DNA of 64,000 bases from Podarcis cretensis (GCA_951804945.1 OX638150.1:48174001-48238000); one strand, 5' to 3'. Positions 37,600 to 51,902 are shown, numbered from the stretch's first letter. Notes: generated by a model from the sequence alone, not told the origin. A program made the numbers and translations.

Positions 37600-38598
37600 T
37601 ATTTATTCATTTGCTTATTCCATATGCTGAACCATTAGAGTCCTGTTTCCTTTGTTTTGTCTGGACTTCTCAAGTACTGGCTTGTAGTGTTTTCTGAAAC
37701 TTCTAGTTCAATTGTAGTACAAATCTGTAAACTAACTAGATTTATGATAGGGTTTGTGACAGTGTGGAAGCCTTCTCTTTGTCTATTTCCTACTCACTCT
37801 TCCTCATCTGTTTGAAAAGTATTCCTCCACCAACTGCACCATGTTTTTAATTAAAAAACACTCAAGTAGATTTATACATTCTGAAACATATATTTGTAAA
37901 AAGTAGTCAAAGAAATGGATGTGTCTCTAATTCTTTGATCTATCTGACCCTTGTCTTACAAAGGAAATGATTTCATGAGACGGGCTCCTGAGACTATTTC
38001 ATTTTCATGGCATGAATGCTTGAAGTAAATGTGGTGTATGGGGGTGCTTAAATATTCCTCTTGTACTTTGACCCACTCATGTGTCATGTCCTCTCTCATT
38101 CACCTCCTCTCACTTGAATAAAATTCCTGCTGCTCATTCATTCTCTAAGCCCAGCAGGTGTTGCTGCATGAAGCTGAGCTTTCGTGGAGGAACGCTCCTA
38201 CAACAGCAGTACTATTTCATTTTTGCTACTTCTTTTAAAATAAGTTTAAAAATTGTTAGGAGGCTGCATACTGGAATGCATGCCTTCTTCACTGTTAAAA
38301 TATGACAATTGTGACTAGTGCCTCCTTGCCTTCCTGTCAGTGATTATCTTCCCCGAACTCCTTCCTCACTGCAGTTGGAATATCTGAGGACCGGGAGGGA
38401 GGCTTCTGACACCTTTGCTCCCCCAGGATCTCAGATACATTTGCCACCAGAACCAGAAGGGCATAAGAAGCAGAAGCCCTGGCTTATGAGGAACGAATGT
38501 ATGGTTGCTTCAGCAGTCAGTTATTGACCAGACTGGCAGCTAGAACATCTCAGGACTGGGGGCAAATTTATATATACATTTGTCCTGCTGTAGTAACT

Positions 38599-38841
38599 AG
38601 AACATAAGAAGAACCATGCTGGATCAGGACAAAGGCACTAATGGTCCATCAGCCTGTTCTTACTGTAGCCACCAGATGCCTATGGGAAGCCCATAAACAA
38701 ACCCTGAGTGCTATTCTCATTTGTGACTCTGAGGTCCCTTTCAGTGGAGACACAACACAGGCTTCATGGCTGGTAGACATTAAATTGTCCTGCATGAGTT
38801 TGTCTATTCCTTTTTTAAAGCCATCCAAGTTTGTGGAGCCA
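38599..38841 (-). mobile_element. CR1 LINE 3' end (ORF2 C-terminus and 3' UTR)
   Basis: Minus-strand peptide TNLDGFKKGIDKLMQD resembles the CR1 ORF2 terminus; the tail reads cttcttatgttct on the minus strand. Confidence 0.75.
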
Positions 38842-39532
38842 GATTCCATAATTTATTTTTTAGTTTCCCTTTGCATCTGTGCTCTTTTTTGTTCTCTTCA
38901 TTTGGACAAGACTTCCACTTTCTGAATAAAGTTATTTTCCCTCTAATTGCATTTTTGGCTCTTGTTTGTTAGCCATCCTGGTTTTCCCTTGCACTAGTGG
39001 CACCTTTCCTGATCTGACTTGTACTATTGTCTATTTTATTGGTTTAAATGTAATAGGAGGAATTCACTGTTGTGCTAAGTTGCAGTTTTTTCAGGTTGCC
39101 AGAAGGAGCAACCCCCCTCTCCCCCCCTCTGCACCTGTTCTGGAGGTTCTCCTTAGTCTCCTGGTTGAAGGGGGAAAGCCCCACTTGTACAAGTGGAAGA
39201 CCTTGTTCAGGGCTTCCACTGATTAGACTTGTTAAGCGAATGCCTCCCATTGTGTGCTGCCTCAAGAACTTTGGTTAGTAGGTGAAGCTATAAATATGTC
39301 AAAATACATTTATTTGGGACAGGATCACATCCCTAGATACCTAAAAGTAAGAAGCAATACCCATTATTATTTAAATATATACTAACAGTTTCTCTGTTTC
39401 ACTGACAGTACACTTGCCTCCTTTACACACTAAATTTTCAGAGACCTACACTGTTACTCCTTATAGGGGATGGATTTCCCCTACACATGGTGAGCCACAT
39501 TGGTGACTCCTGATTACTCTTTGCATCTTATA

Positions 39533-39783
39533 CAGTGGTACCTTGGTTCTTGAACTTAATCTGTTACAGGAGTCCATTTGACTCCTGAAACAGTTTGAAA
39601 ACCAAGGCACGGCTTCCTATGGGCTGCAGGAGCTTTCTGCACTCAGTCGGAAGGCATAGAAGCCACTTTGGACACTCGGCATCCAAAAAATATTCACAAA
39701 CCAGAACACACGATCCCAGGTTTGTGGCGTTTGGGAGCCGATTTGTTCAGGAGCCAAGCCATTCAACTAACAAGGTACCACTG
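39533..39783 (+). mobile_element. Tc1/mariner MITE, family B, complete
   Basis: TIRs CAGTGGTACCTTG and CAAGGTACCACTG; TA TSDs. Confidence 0.92.
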
Positions 39784-42700
39784 TATTTGACACATCTGTC
39801 TTTAAGGGCATAGGAAACTGCAGGCTGTTATGCAAGGAAAGAGAGAGAGGACAGAAGCAGCTGTGGACTGAAAGAAGGGAGAGGGTGTGCCAAGAAAGGA
39901 AGAATGCTGGCAAAAGGAGACACCAAAAAAGAAGATTGTGGTTGGGTGGGTGCATGGGACTTCACACAGGTTCTGTGACGAGTTGGGACTGGGCTGCTAA
40001 CCAGGAGGAGCACAACTTTGAAATCAGTGATACTGTGATGCAGAGGGTATTTTAGAGGAAGGGGCTGAAGTTTCACATACTGAACTGAAATAAACCACCA
40101 AAACTCAGGTCATAGGATGCAGCTCTCTTGCTTGTTGTCTTTAGAAAGCTTTGAAATTTTCTTGTATTTGGAAAACAGTCCTTTATGATAACTCTGAATG
40201 CTTACTCTGCTTGCTCTGAATGCTGCCTCAAATGTTGAATGGTGTATCCATATTGATTCTACTTGATATGTGTCTAAATGTGTTAAACACTTGAGCAGTG
40301 TTTAAATTAGACACTGGTGTGGCAGAATTGTCTCTCTAAAATGAAGTCACTAGATGTGTGCTGACATAGGTGTACATAACTGCAGAATGGGGCCAAACAT
40401 GATTAAAGCTGGGGGTGGGGGAAGTAATTTTAAAATAAAGAGAAACTGCATTTCAGATTCCAGAAGTGGTGGGGAAATTACCTGGGAAGTGAAGTGGTAG
40501 TTCAGCACACACATGGTGCTTTTAGTTCTTTAAATGGAAACCCCTATCCCCTTCTTTCTGTGTGATTGAGGAAAACTTGCATTTAAAGAAATGAGTTTCT
40601 TGTGGCCACTTCTAGTCTGTTTCTCAGTGTAGGGCATGCTAAGGAGTTGCTATTCTTTCTGTACAAGCCTAATACACTGCAGACATGTTTTGACCCTGTT
40701 GTACATCAGCATTTAAATGGTTTGCCTTTGTTTTCAGTCTTGTTTCTAGCTAAGGCGTTTTTTAAAAAACACTCACATAAAAGATTTCCATAAGAATGGT
40801 TGTCAGGAGAGTAGTAACACTAAAAAGTGTCCTGTCAGTTGTGACTTTCCTACTTTTTAGTGGATGTGCTAAAGGCATGACAGACAAAAAGAAACGGCAG
40901 AACTTGTGCTCAGAATGTTGTTGCCCATGTTGTCACTGATCAGACACAGTGACAGAAAGTGTAGAACAAAAATGCACAGCCATTATTTGGTGCTATTAAG
41001 TAGCCCAACCACCACCTGTGTATCCTTATTCACTAATTACAATAGCTGATGTAATGGGCCTTGACATGCATTTTAATAGTACTTCCATCCTGAGCCAAGC
41101 TTCTTATCCATCTAGTGAGTTCTGTGTTTCATGATTTATCAGCTAAGTCAAATTGCCATGGCACATGTTATTTCAGGGTACAGCTGTACTTTCTCTATTG
41201 AACCTAGTCACTTTAGCTCCAAACCATTTATTTCCTTTCAAAAAGAAAAAAGAAGAAGAATAGATGAAGTAAAGAAATGCAGAAGTAACTTCTTAATTTA
41301 CACTCTATAACAGTTAGCATATTACTAGTTGTTAACTGCCTAAATATGACTTGATGTCACTAGTAATCCTAATGGGAGATGACTTAGCATGCTATATTTT
41401 ATATACCCTGCATCTCATTAATTCATTTATTATTTTATCTTATTTGTCAGAAGAAAATAGCCTCTCTCTTAATAGATGGGTATTTAATGAATGATATTTG
41501 AGAGTACATTCACTGTCCTTCTGTTGATATACAACAGCTTTAGCTTTCTCCTAATCTCTGTTGGTATGGAGATCAGGGAAACAGCATGAAAGGACGGCTT
41601 GAGGTGATTGGATAAATGAATTTCCCTGTTCATTAACACCACAATATTCAAGGGCTCAGTGTGTTACTTCAGCTTCATAGGACATAATTACATGTTTTGA
41701 TTAGCAGATACATTTCCCTATCCTCAAGATGTCAACAAGGGTTCATGTGTATGACATATATAAACGGGTGCTAATTTCACTAGTCACAAAAACAAGGTCC
41801 CCTAATTACAGTTGTAGCCTATCCTTTCAGTCAAGGTTGGTTCTACATTACTTCTCTGTGGTAGATTGCTGGGTTTCCTTCCTGCAGAGTGACCGCAGAC
41901 AGTGGGCAGGAGTTGTTAGAAATCTCAAATCCAGCATACTCAGCAATTGCTGAACTACTTGCTGCTCAAGTGTACATGATTAATGAAAGTCTGTACCCAT
42001 TCTGAAGGATTTCTGCAGTCCAATAAGGTGTCAGGCATTTGTTATTTCTAACTCTTATAAGTTAACAACACATTTTGGGGGAATCTGTACAGGCTTGAGG
42101 GAAACAGATTAATTGAGATACTATTTGTAATAGCAGAAAAGAGAAGAGAAGAATTCTACAGTTAATTTAGGATAGGTTTATAATATTATTCACTTTTTAT
42201 TAGTTCTAGTACAGAAAAATAGTTTAGAATAATTAGTTGTGCCACATATTATCTTTAATATTTGTTCCTCTTTTGGGCCCAGTTTAAGAGAAATGCTAAC
42301 TGTTTCATGCCCAGGAAAAGCTAGTCAGGTACATCTAGTTTTGGTGCATGGATGAGACAATGGTGTTGGGAGGGATTTGGTTTGTTAGGTGACCAACCCT
42401 CTAGTTAGTCTACCACATTATTCCAGTTGTCATAACCTTTTTGTTTAAGACAGTGATTTCCAACATAATGGCTGCAGAACCCAGGGCAGTTATTCCAAGG
42501 GATCCTTAAAGCCCCGTGCTGAGGCTAACTTTATGGAAGGAGAGTCAGGGCTATCCCTGTATGTTCAATCTGCTGCGGCCTGTCTTCCAGTCTCGGGGAA
42601 CCATCAGAAGTGCCCATCAGAGAATTTCAGTGATTAAGGTGGAGCATAAGGAATCAGATGGTTCTTAAGGTAATTCAGTTCTAAGGTGTTTAGTGCTTTG

Positions 42701-43949
42701 CTAGTCACATAAGACTACCCAGTTATTCAGGAAGGATGAGATGACCTACGTACAAATTCCCTCTTTCCTCTTGGCCCATAAGAAAAGATGAATGTGCCCT
42801 TCTAAATTCAGTCCCCCTGTTGTCAACTTTGTCGCTAAGACAGCTGCAAGCAATACACCTTAACTGGAAACTGCAATGAAACCTGGGCTTCTCATAGAGA
42901 TTCAACTTCAGGATCTAAATCCACAACTTCCTTTTGCATATACCATTTCCAGTAGCATTTCTCTGCATTATCGTCATTTGATTATGTCATTGTTTGATGA
43001 TCAGAGGAGCATTACAGTATTAAAATGAATTAAGTAACACAGTAAAAGTAACCTATTTAGTATTAAGGTAGCTTTAACAATCCAAAAATGAGCAGAAGAT
43101 TCATTACTTTTAATATTTGAAGGAAAATTAATTCAGTATCTCATACTGCTGCTGATTTCATTTTCCTTCCTAGTTTAATTTAATGTCAGAGAAACTGCAG
43201 TGATATTTACATATTGTCTTTGCTCCCTGCAATATCGTTACTATCTTAAATTTCCCACCTGGTTCCATTTAATCTTATAATAGTTTTTTGGATATAGACT
43301 TGTGGGAACATCATAAATGTTCAGGGAAAAGTGCACCACAGTGAGCTTCAGAAATTACATTAAAAACTTCCTGTATGTTTTAAATAAAAATGAAGCCGTG
43401 TAAGGCATAATAACCAAACAAATTAAACTGGTACGGTAATAGCTGATTTCCTGTGAATTCCTGCATCTGTCTTTGGCACATTAATTTCTTGGTTGTTTCT
43501 ATTACAGTTGCTATTATCATTATTACTTATCACTGTAGCTAGTAACTTTTTCTGCACATACATTTCTGTTACAAAAATACATTCAGCCTGATTTATAACC
43601 AAAGTTAAACTTGGGTATTAAACGTGGCTTCATGCATTATGCAAAAGTACGAAAATAGGAAGTGTGAGTGAGCGTTCTTTGTTTCTACTTCTGGTGTAGG
43701 TGCCTTTTCTCCCAGTGACTGGGGAGATGCAGATACCATTATGTGGCCCTGTCTCTTTTTCTGTTCTTTTAGATGCAGTAGCCATTTTGTGTTATGTCAC
43801 ATACACACCCCAGGCAACCATTTTTTGACCCACAGCACTTTATCAAAGTTCCAAATGTGCCCAATAGCCCACCCCCAAAGGTATTGATTTTATATTGTGA
43901 ATATGTATGTTGGAAGCTCTCTTTGGAAGGTTTCACCCTAAAACATTGG

Positions 43950-44549
43950 TTGGCATCCGCCTGTCTTAGGAGACAGTGGAAGAGTGTGCCGTCAGGGGTA
44001 AAGTCAAACAATTGGAGAGTTACAGCACCTGCTGTGGCTGTAGAGACCAATATGGGAGAGACATGTTCTGTTGCAGCTGGGGCAGATGAAGGTACAGCCA
44101 TACCTTGGTTTTCGAACAGAATGCATTCCGTTCAACTTCCGAAATGTTTGGAAACCAAACGTTCTGATTGACTTCAGGAGCGTTTGGCTTCCAGGGCAAA
44201 GTTCGCAAACCGGAACACCTACTTCCGGGTTTGCGACGTTCAAGTTCCAAGTTGTTCGTGAACTAAGCTTCTTCGAAAACCAAGGTACGACTGTAACTGG
44301 TTTTGCTCTTACAGATGCACCATGACTTTCCTCACTCTTTCTGTGCTCCCTCTAGCAGTCATTTATTCTCTGGTCACTGCTGTGAATATACAACCCTGAC
44401 TGACTGTCTCCGGGCACAGCTGAGTTAATGTTACCAGCCATTTTTTACAGCCATCTCTGTAATGCAGAGTTGGTCTGCCAACAGGCCTGGTGCCTGAAGC
44501 CTGCTTCCCATGGAACACGTACTTGGGCTTCCTGCCATCTTCCATTCTG
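43950..44549 (-). mobile_element. Decayed RTE-clade LINE 3' fragment interrupted by a MITE
   Basis: Minus-strand peptides RMEDGRKPKYVFHGKQASGTRPVGRPTLHYRD (RTE post-RT domain) and FICPSCNRTCLSHIGLYSHSR (C2H2 finger-like terminus); frameshifted. Confidence 0.85.
44095..44293. mobile_element. Tc1/mariner MITE nested in the RTE LINE
   Basis: TIRs CAGCCATACCTTGGTTTTCGAA and TTCGAAAACCAAGGTACGACTG; TA at 44093-94 and 44294-95. Confidence 0.92.
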
Positions 44550-46416
44550 GGGCCCAAGTCAGTGCCTCTATATGTGAGTATACACACTTGGAATGTGAAT
44601 GGCACATGTGCCTTGTGCAGTAAGAACACCAATGATTTTTAAAAGCACTGACAATAAGCTTTTGCTAATATGAGAGTAAAAATGCATTTATGTATGCTAT
44701 TAGGTTAAACCTTCATCACTGCCAGACATAAATTGCAGCCTAATGTCACACTCTTAAAATATTTTACAACAGTACAAGGGACGGATTATGTCCTTGAATC
44801 CACATCTCCTCTATTGAGTTCAGTATGATCTAATTAAGCGTTTAAGACTTTAAAGCACACATGACATGTACATGCAGGAATAACAATCAGGGAATGAAAG
44901 TGTGTCACAAACTGATGCACTCTGAAATTGAGGCAGACCCTTTTCTCTATTTTTTCCTGTTTCCTTTGTTTCTGATAGTGGTGGCGTTTGCCACAAACAT
45001 GTCGTCTCGTACTACACACAGACTTCAAACTCTTATGGCAAATTGTGCATAGATAGATGGAATACTGGGGTGGAATGACAAGTAAAGAGGGAAATGTGAG
45101 AACAATAATGTATTTCAATTATTATTTAAAAAATGAATCTATTATAGCACCACACATTGTTTCTTCTATTTGCTGTTAGATTGCACTAAACACTTGAACC
45201 TCATCAAAATTTTAAGCTGTGGGTGTACTAGCTGCTCAACATTTGCCTGTGCTAGGATCCACAGTACCTTAGGGGACAATGATAATAAGTAGGAGGTAAT
45301 CTTAGCCAAGGGGAGCACATCACAGCAAATTTAGTAAAAACTCCCAAAATAACATACATAAAAAATAGAGATACTGGGACTGAAGCTTGCCTGGAAGCCA
45401 TGTCTTTCTTATTTAAAACCCTGATTTAAAACCTTTCCTAGGGCTATGCCCCCTAGTTTTAAATCCCTCATGTTGGATCAGTTTGCTCAATTGTTCGAGG
45501 AAACCGTTCTGCAATATATGGCAATGTACTTCTGTAATTGCTATGATTTCCAATGTTCTGTGGGAGTCATATTACCATCTGAGGTTGAAAACTAGTACAA
45601 ACTGAGGGCTGTGATAGGGTCAAGTGTGAATACCATATTTTTTATTTTAAAAAAATGCTTATTACGTTAAGATTTTTGTACATTCAGTCTCAACATTCAA
45701 AGCAAGCAATGATTTATATAGGGTAGAATACATTAAGTGAAACACCACGTAATCACAAACTTTTACTCCCAGAGCTACCTCTTTCCCCAAATCGCTGCTG
45801 TTTTCTTGTTTTCTATCTTCTTTGCCTTGCCTCTTCCCTTCCCACCAACATTTTCTCCAGCAAAAGTTGGAATCATGGAAAGTTATTTTAGAGTCTGTTT
45901 GATGTCAGTCTCTAGTGGCTAAATGTGTGTGACTGTTCTCGCACTGAAGTCAGATGGATGGCTGTCCGGAAAAGAAGGAGAGGCGGAGGGAAACACACAG
46001 CACAAGCTTTGATCTCTCCTGACTCCCTGTGGAATTCTTCCACCTTTTCATGTTGGGGATCAGTTAATTATTAGATGAAATTGGTTTGGGGACCAGAAAT
46101 CATTCTGAAGACTCAGTTCTCATGCTGATGCCGAGTGTTCTTTGATCTGGGGCACTGTGGCTTTTAGAGGAGAAGAATATGTACCGTATCCCAAAAGTAG
46201 TGAGTCTCACTTGCAGAAGTGAATTAGCACAGTTGTCACTTTTAAATAGCCCTGTGTTTAACATGATTGCTGAAATTTGATCCTTTCCTTGCTTATAAGA
46301 GTATTATTATTGCAAACCTTCTACATAGGAGTCTCAGATTTCACAAAAGAAGCTCTGTACAATACAAAGTTGCATTGTGTTGGTTGAATTTTGTATTTGT
46401 GTTAACCTTTATGACC

Positions 46417-46770
46417 AGGTGGCGCTGTGGGTTAAAGCCTCAGCGCCTAGGACTTGCCGATCGAAAGGTCGGCGGTTCGAATCCCTGCGGCGGAGTGCGC
46501 TCCCGCTGCTCGGTCCCAGCGCCTGCCAACCTAGCAGTTCGAAAGCACCTCCGGGTGCAAGTAGATAAATAGGGACCGCTTACCAGCGTGAAGGTAAACG
46601 GCGTTTCCGTGTGCGGCTCTGGCTCGCCAGAGCAGCGATGTCACGCTGGCCACGTGACCCGGAAGTGTCTCCGGACAGCGCTGGCCCCTGGCCTCTTAAG
46701 TGAGATGGGCGCACAACCCCAGAGTCTGTCAAGACTGGCCCGTACGGGCAGGGGTACCTTTACCTTTACC
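46417..46770 (+). mobile_element. Near full-length young Sauria SINE, subfamily 1
   Basis: Four substitutions relative to the 36191 copy by manual comparison; TSD TTATGACC at 46409-16 and 46771-78. Confidence 0.96.
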
Positions 46771-47512
46771 TTATGACCTGCCTTGGGGAAAATTTTGGTC
46801 AAAAGGAAGTATAGAAATAAATCATAGCATACCATAACATACTGTAGAAACTCAAGATATCAAAGCACTTCATTAATATGTTTGGCAGCATTTAACTTCT
46901 CAGCAACCAACAATAATTATTATTTGCATAGTTGGATTCTTTTTTGGTTGCTTTTGTCAATCATTATTCTACATTGTAACAAAGTTATCACTGAAGTATG
47001 TGTTTTGTTTTTAAACTTACTGCTTCCTTACATTCTGCACCAATAATCACATGATCTTTCTGGAATGTTTCCCTTAAATATTGAATCTCCTTATATCTCC
47101 TTATATCTCCCTTTACAAATATGAGCTAGTCTCACAATAGAAAGATATTTTCTTTCCTTGCTCATGAGTGAAATTTCCTTCCTTTCACTAGAAAAAGCAA
47201 GGTAATGTTTTATTTTTCATAAAATCTAAACAGTGGCTTCCATGCTACAAAGACAGCCTTGAAAGGACCCCATGTTAGCACACTCTACTGTTGTTTATTA
47301 CTATAGGTTTAGGAGGAAAACTCTGCTTTATGTACATACTCAAGAGGTTACCCCAAGGCCGATAAACTCCTACTTTACAGCTGATTAAGAATGATCCTCA
47401 GGCGTCCTTTATTGCCACGATTTTCAAACTACCTTCAGGGATACCTTTCCATCTGCAGCCCAGTCTTATGCATGTTTACTTGTAAGTTTGATTGGACTTT
47501 CTCCTGGGTCAG

Positions 47513-47712
47513 TAGGAAGTAGGAAGCGCCATGGTGGTATCAGATCTAGTCCAACATTTTGTTCCCACAGTGGCTAACTGAATGCCTCTGCAAAGCCCTT
47601 CAAGCAGGACATGAGCGCAGTAGCACTCTCCTTGCTTGTGTACCACAGCAACTGGCATTCAGAGGCATAACTCCCCTGATACTGGAAGCAATATATAGCA
47701 GTCATGGCAGTG
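47513..47712 (-). mobile_element. Old CR1-type 3' UTR fragment
   Basis: Similar in layout to 38599-38780 (tctagtccaaca...ctgaatgcctctgcaaagccc...); diverged. Confidence 0.55.
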
Positions 47713-49858
47713 GTTGAAACCAAGGACTTTCCATATGTAAAAAATCAAGCTGATGTTGATACTTACTTCATGTGAAAAGCTCATCAGGCCTATGGCGCAT
47801 CACTATTTACATTTATGAACAAAGAGCGTTCCCTAAAAAACAACCAGCACTATCTTGCAATTTGTTTGCTTTTCAGGTTACCTGGTCCACCATTACTGAT
47901 CATTTAATTGAGGAAGCCATGAACATTTTTCAAGGAAACCCTGATGTCCCTAGTAATTGGCCATTTTCAAAAATGTTTTTTTAAAGGAAAAATATATATA
48001 TTCTACTGAAATATGTTCTTGTATTTCATCCCATTTGTACTAACAGAACAGCACTAAGGAAATAACAAATAGAGTGATTCTGTCAAGCAAAGAAACAAAC
48101 AAAAGAAAACAGATTAGAAATAAATAACTGTTTCTCCCCAGTACAGTGCCTAGGCCTTTCAAAAGGCAGACAAAAAATGAATCTTGTCACTTCTCTTTGC
48201 TTTGTTTGCATTGCTTTTATTTCAACATCCTTCATGGATATTAAATTATATAATTCTATTTCTAGGTCAGTTGAATGAGCTATATTGGTACCATGCAGAC
48301 ATGCAAGCTTTACTCCCATAGGGGTATAGCTTATTAATCAAATTCTAGAAACAATTTCATTGATAATACTAATACTACTAATAATAACAATAATAACAGT
48401 GCTTGCAAAAATAGAACAAGCTTGGAAACCTTAATATTAACTTTATTGAGTATGAGCTTTAAATTCCCCTTCTGTTTTTTGGTTCATTGTTTTCAGATTT
48501 TGCAGGTTCAATAATTTTGCTTCTGTGTGTTTCTCTTCTTCTAAGTGGTTACTGTTTACCCCTGGTGGGTAACTTCAAGCCCAAGTGTAAAATGTAAAAT
48601 GCAGCCCCAGGCCTCTCTGTCTGCCCCTCCCCTGACCACAACCCTGACTGGTCTGCTCCACACCCTCTTTAAGTTCTTTTGTGAGGCTGGAATGTATCCT
48701 GGGACATGATAATTTAACTTACTTGTTGTATATGTAGAAATCACTGGATTTTGTGTAGAAAGTAGCCTACTGTACAAAGATATGAGCCACTTCAGTTGCT
48801 CAGTCCCCTTTGGACCTGCTTACCACTGAATTTGCTCCCCACCCCCTGAAAGTTGATCATTAGGGAATGCATCCTAAGGCTTAAAAGTTTCCCCACCCCA
48901 TATTCTACCCTAGACCAGTTTATCATGTTTGTTATTCTTTGAACTCTATACCCTTTATACTCTATTATGTATATTATACTTTGAAACATTCATTTTACAA
49001 ATGAGATACTTAGCACTGAGCTTGGTGTTTCAGTAAAGACGTTTAAAAAACAAACTCCAAGGCTGTGGTCTTACCTGGAAGGCACACTTACATGGAAGTA
49101 AGTTCCATTGAACAAAAGGAGACATATCTCTAAGTAAACATGCATAGGATTGCTCTGTTGAATTCATGGAATATTTATAATTACATTTTCAAAATAAAAT
49201 CATTTTTATCACACAGAACTATGAATAAAAAAATTAAGATAAGAAAATATGTTTGTTTGGAATGTGCAACTTCCATGAATGCTATATTATCAATATGGTG
49301 AAGAGAGGCATTTAACTAAAGGAACATGAAAGTTAATATCTGGTTTTTTTAAAAAACAAGCCAACAAACAAAGTACAGATACAGAAAATGGAAATAACTA
49401 ATTAAGCAGCCATTTTGAAAGCAATCTTTAAATGGGTTCTTATATTGTACCAGTGACATGGGAACCACTACAGAATTGTTCTTTCCTGCATTGCAAGTAT
49501 AATGTGAGTAGGAGTTCTGGGCCATGTGGTAGAAGCCCATCAGTGTTCTCCTGCTTCCTATTCCAGAATTACCTCACTTTCTAGAATGCTGGAGCTGTGG
49601 TAAGAACCGCAGCATGGTTTTCTTGCATTGCCTCTGCAGAACTGCTTCGCAGCGGTTCACACACTGGTGTAACATATAGATTGCAACTCCCAGATGTATA
49701 TTCTAACAATTCCCATATTATAAGATACTGGGGAAGGAGGAGGCTTTCAGCACTTTGCTTCAAATGGCTGTGAGATACAATATGCCTTTACATACCTAGT
49801 GCATCTCTCACAGTGAAAACAGTTCAGCATTTATTCTATTGTGGGCAATATCATATAG

Positions 49859-49985
49859 CAGTAGTGGGAAACCATTGCTTCTTCAGATTTTATTGGCCTA
49901 CAAGCCACAACAGCTCATGGTCAGGATGGTGGGAGCTGTAGTGTAGCAAAACTTACACTGGAGGGTCACAGATTGCCCTGCCATG
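49859..49985. mobile_element. Diverged palindromic hAT-type MITE
   Basis: Shares ctacaa...gatggtgggagctgtag...ctggagggtcacag motifs with the 22780 family; TSD eroded. Confidence 0.55.
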
Positions 49986-51118
49986 TACACTGCCATCTTC
50001 CAGAAAGTTCGCAGTGCTATGTTATTTGTTCCCACTAATGCCAGATCCTTTCAATTCATGAAAAGTTGCACGTCCCATTCAAATGAAAGCTCAATGACAA
50101 GTCAGTATAGTTCCAATCTCTGATGTTCTATGGATTCTGCATGTCATTAAATAAGATGGCAATGTAGGTTTATGTGAGTTGTTGTTTGTTGTTCCGAATC
50201 CCACATATAAAAGCAAAAATAATAATACACTACTGTCCCCACAGTAAAGAAACCCAAAGAGGATTAATCATATCTGTCTAATAATAGTTGTTCCCTTTAG
50301 ACGACCAGATGTGCTCTTTTGAAACCTATCAGAATCTGCAGTGGAAAATGTTATTCCCCTGTGAAACTAGCTTATAGAGAAACTGGCAGCTGAAAGAGAC
50401 CTGTTGGAAAGGGTGGATTTGTATGGAGCATAAAGCTAGTATCACCACAAGACATAGATATACTAAGTATTCATGGATACATGGGACCCGGGACCCAAAG
50501 TAGGTGCTGGATTTTCAGTTATGCTTTCCTAATTAGGGTGCTGAAACCTTGGAATGTGTTCTTGGCCCTTAGAAAAATGTGTTCTTATTCTGCTACAAAG
50601 ATCCACTGTTCATTGTTTTGAAAACATTTAAAGGGACATTTACAGAAGGTGTTGGTATATGTCATAAATGAAAGAAGGGTTTTGCAGAGATAGATACTAG
50701 AACCCAAAACCTGGAACCCTTTCTACAATGTGTCCATCAAGGCAACTGCTTCATTTTGCTTCATAATAAGGGTGCTGTTAGGTTGGATTCCAAAGTAACC
50801 GCAAATCATGATATCAGTTATTTGTTCTGTTGCCTTTTGCATAATGAAAGCAGTTATATAAGCAGAGTCATTTCCTATTATCACTAGGCTTCATTAAAGC
50901 ACTATATAAATATTTGTCCTAGAATTACTTTATTTTAAAATGTTTTTACTTCATAGACAATACACAACTAGAGTATATACAGCAAACATTATCCTACAAA
51001 TGCTGTATGATGCCTTATGTGTAAAAAAAACCACAAAACAAATAAACCTTGGAATATTTTACTAATTGCATAAGCAGTTTGCAGACCATGTTCTCAAATG
51101 TGGATATTATCAGACGTG

Positions 51119-51243
51119 TCCCTGACATCTTTGAGTAAGACTGGGAGAGATTCCTTTCTGAAACCCTGGAAAAATGCTGCCAGTTAGTAGATAATGCTGA
51201 GCTACCTAGACCAGTGGTCTAACTCAATTTAAGGTAGCTGCCT
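51119..51243 (+). mobile_element. Squam3-like SINE body and tail
   Basis: ctgaaaccctggaaaaatgctgccagt...gataatgctgagcta...gaccagtggtctaactc...taaggtagct; homologous to 10811-10972. Confidence 0.75.
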
Positions 51244-51902
51244 GAGGACCTCCTTAAATATATTTCCTCCACATATGTTTCATATATGGAATCAATTTTG
51301 AAGATACTTGTTTCTTCTTTCTGACCTTGTTTGGATATCATGCTAAAATTTGGTTTCATGTTTTTATTGTTACAGGAAAGTAAAATTATGTTTACAGGTC
51401 CCAATTTCTGGGGTGGGGGGACATGAGTTTCCTTTCTTAAGATCACTTTTTTAAAAATTCTGAGTAAGGCAGGAGGAGGCAGGTAGCAGCAGCAGGACCA
51501 TTGCTGACTAGAAGATGAATACCTACCTTAGCATCCGCACCTGCTTTCTACTGCACCTGTAGAACAGAAGCTTGTTGGAGAAGCCAAGAGGTTTGGCCAG
51601 CTAGCCTGGCTCATGAAGATAAAGAACTATGGCACAGTGGTAGCTGGTTTCCAAAGGGGAAGCCTTTTTATTTGGAGACACCACTGATGGTGGGTTGTCA
51701 CTGACAGGCTAACCCTCATGGGATCGCTCCAAGTGTGACAAGATCAAGAGCAAATCCCATGGTTGATTGAAACAGCCAGACCTTGAGAGGATGTGAAGTA
51801 ATATGGCTTCCATGTGAGAGGTGGGATGCTGTGGAGCTGCATGTGGTGAGAGCATGTATGCTGCTCACAAAAACATACCTGGTGTGATTGGTGGGCATTG
51901 GT

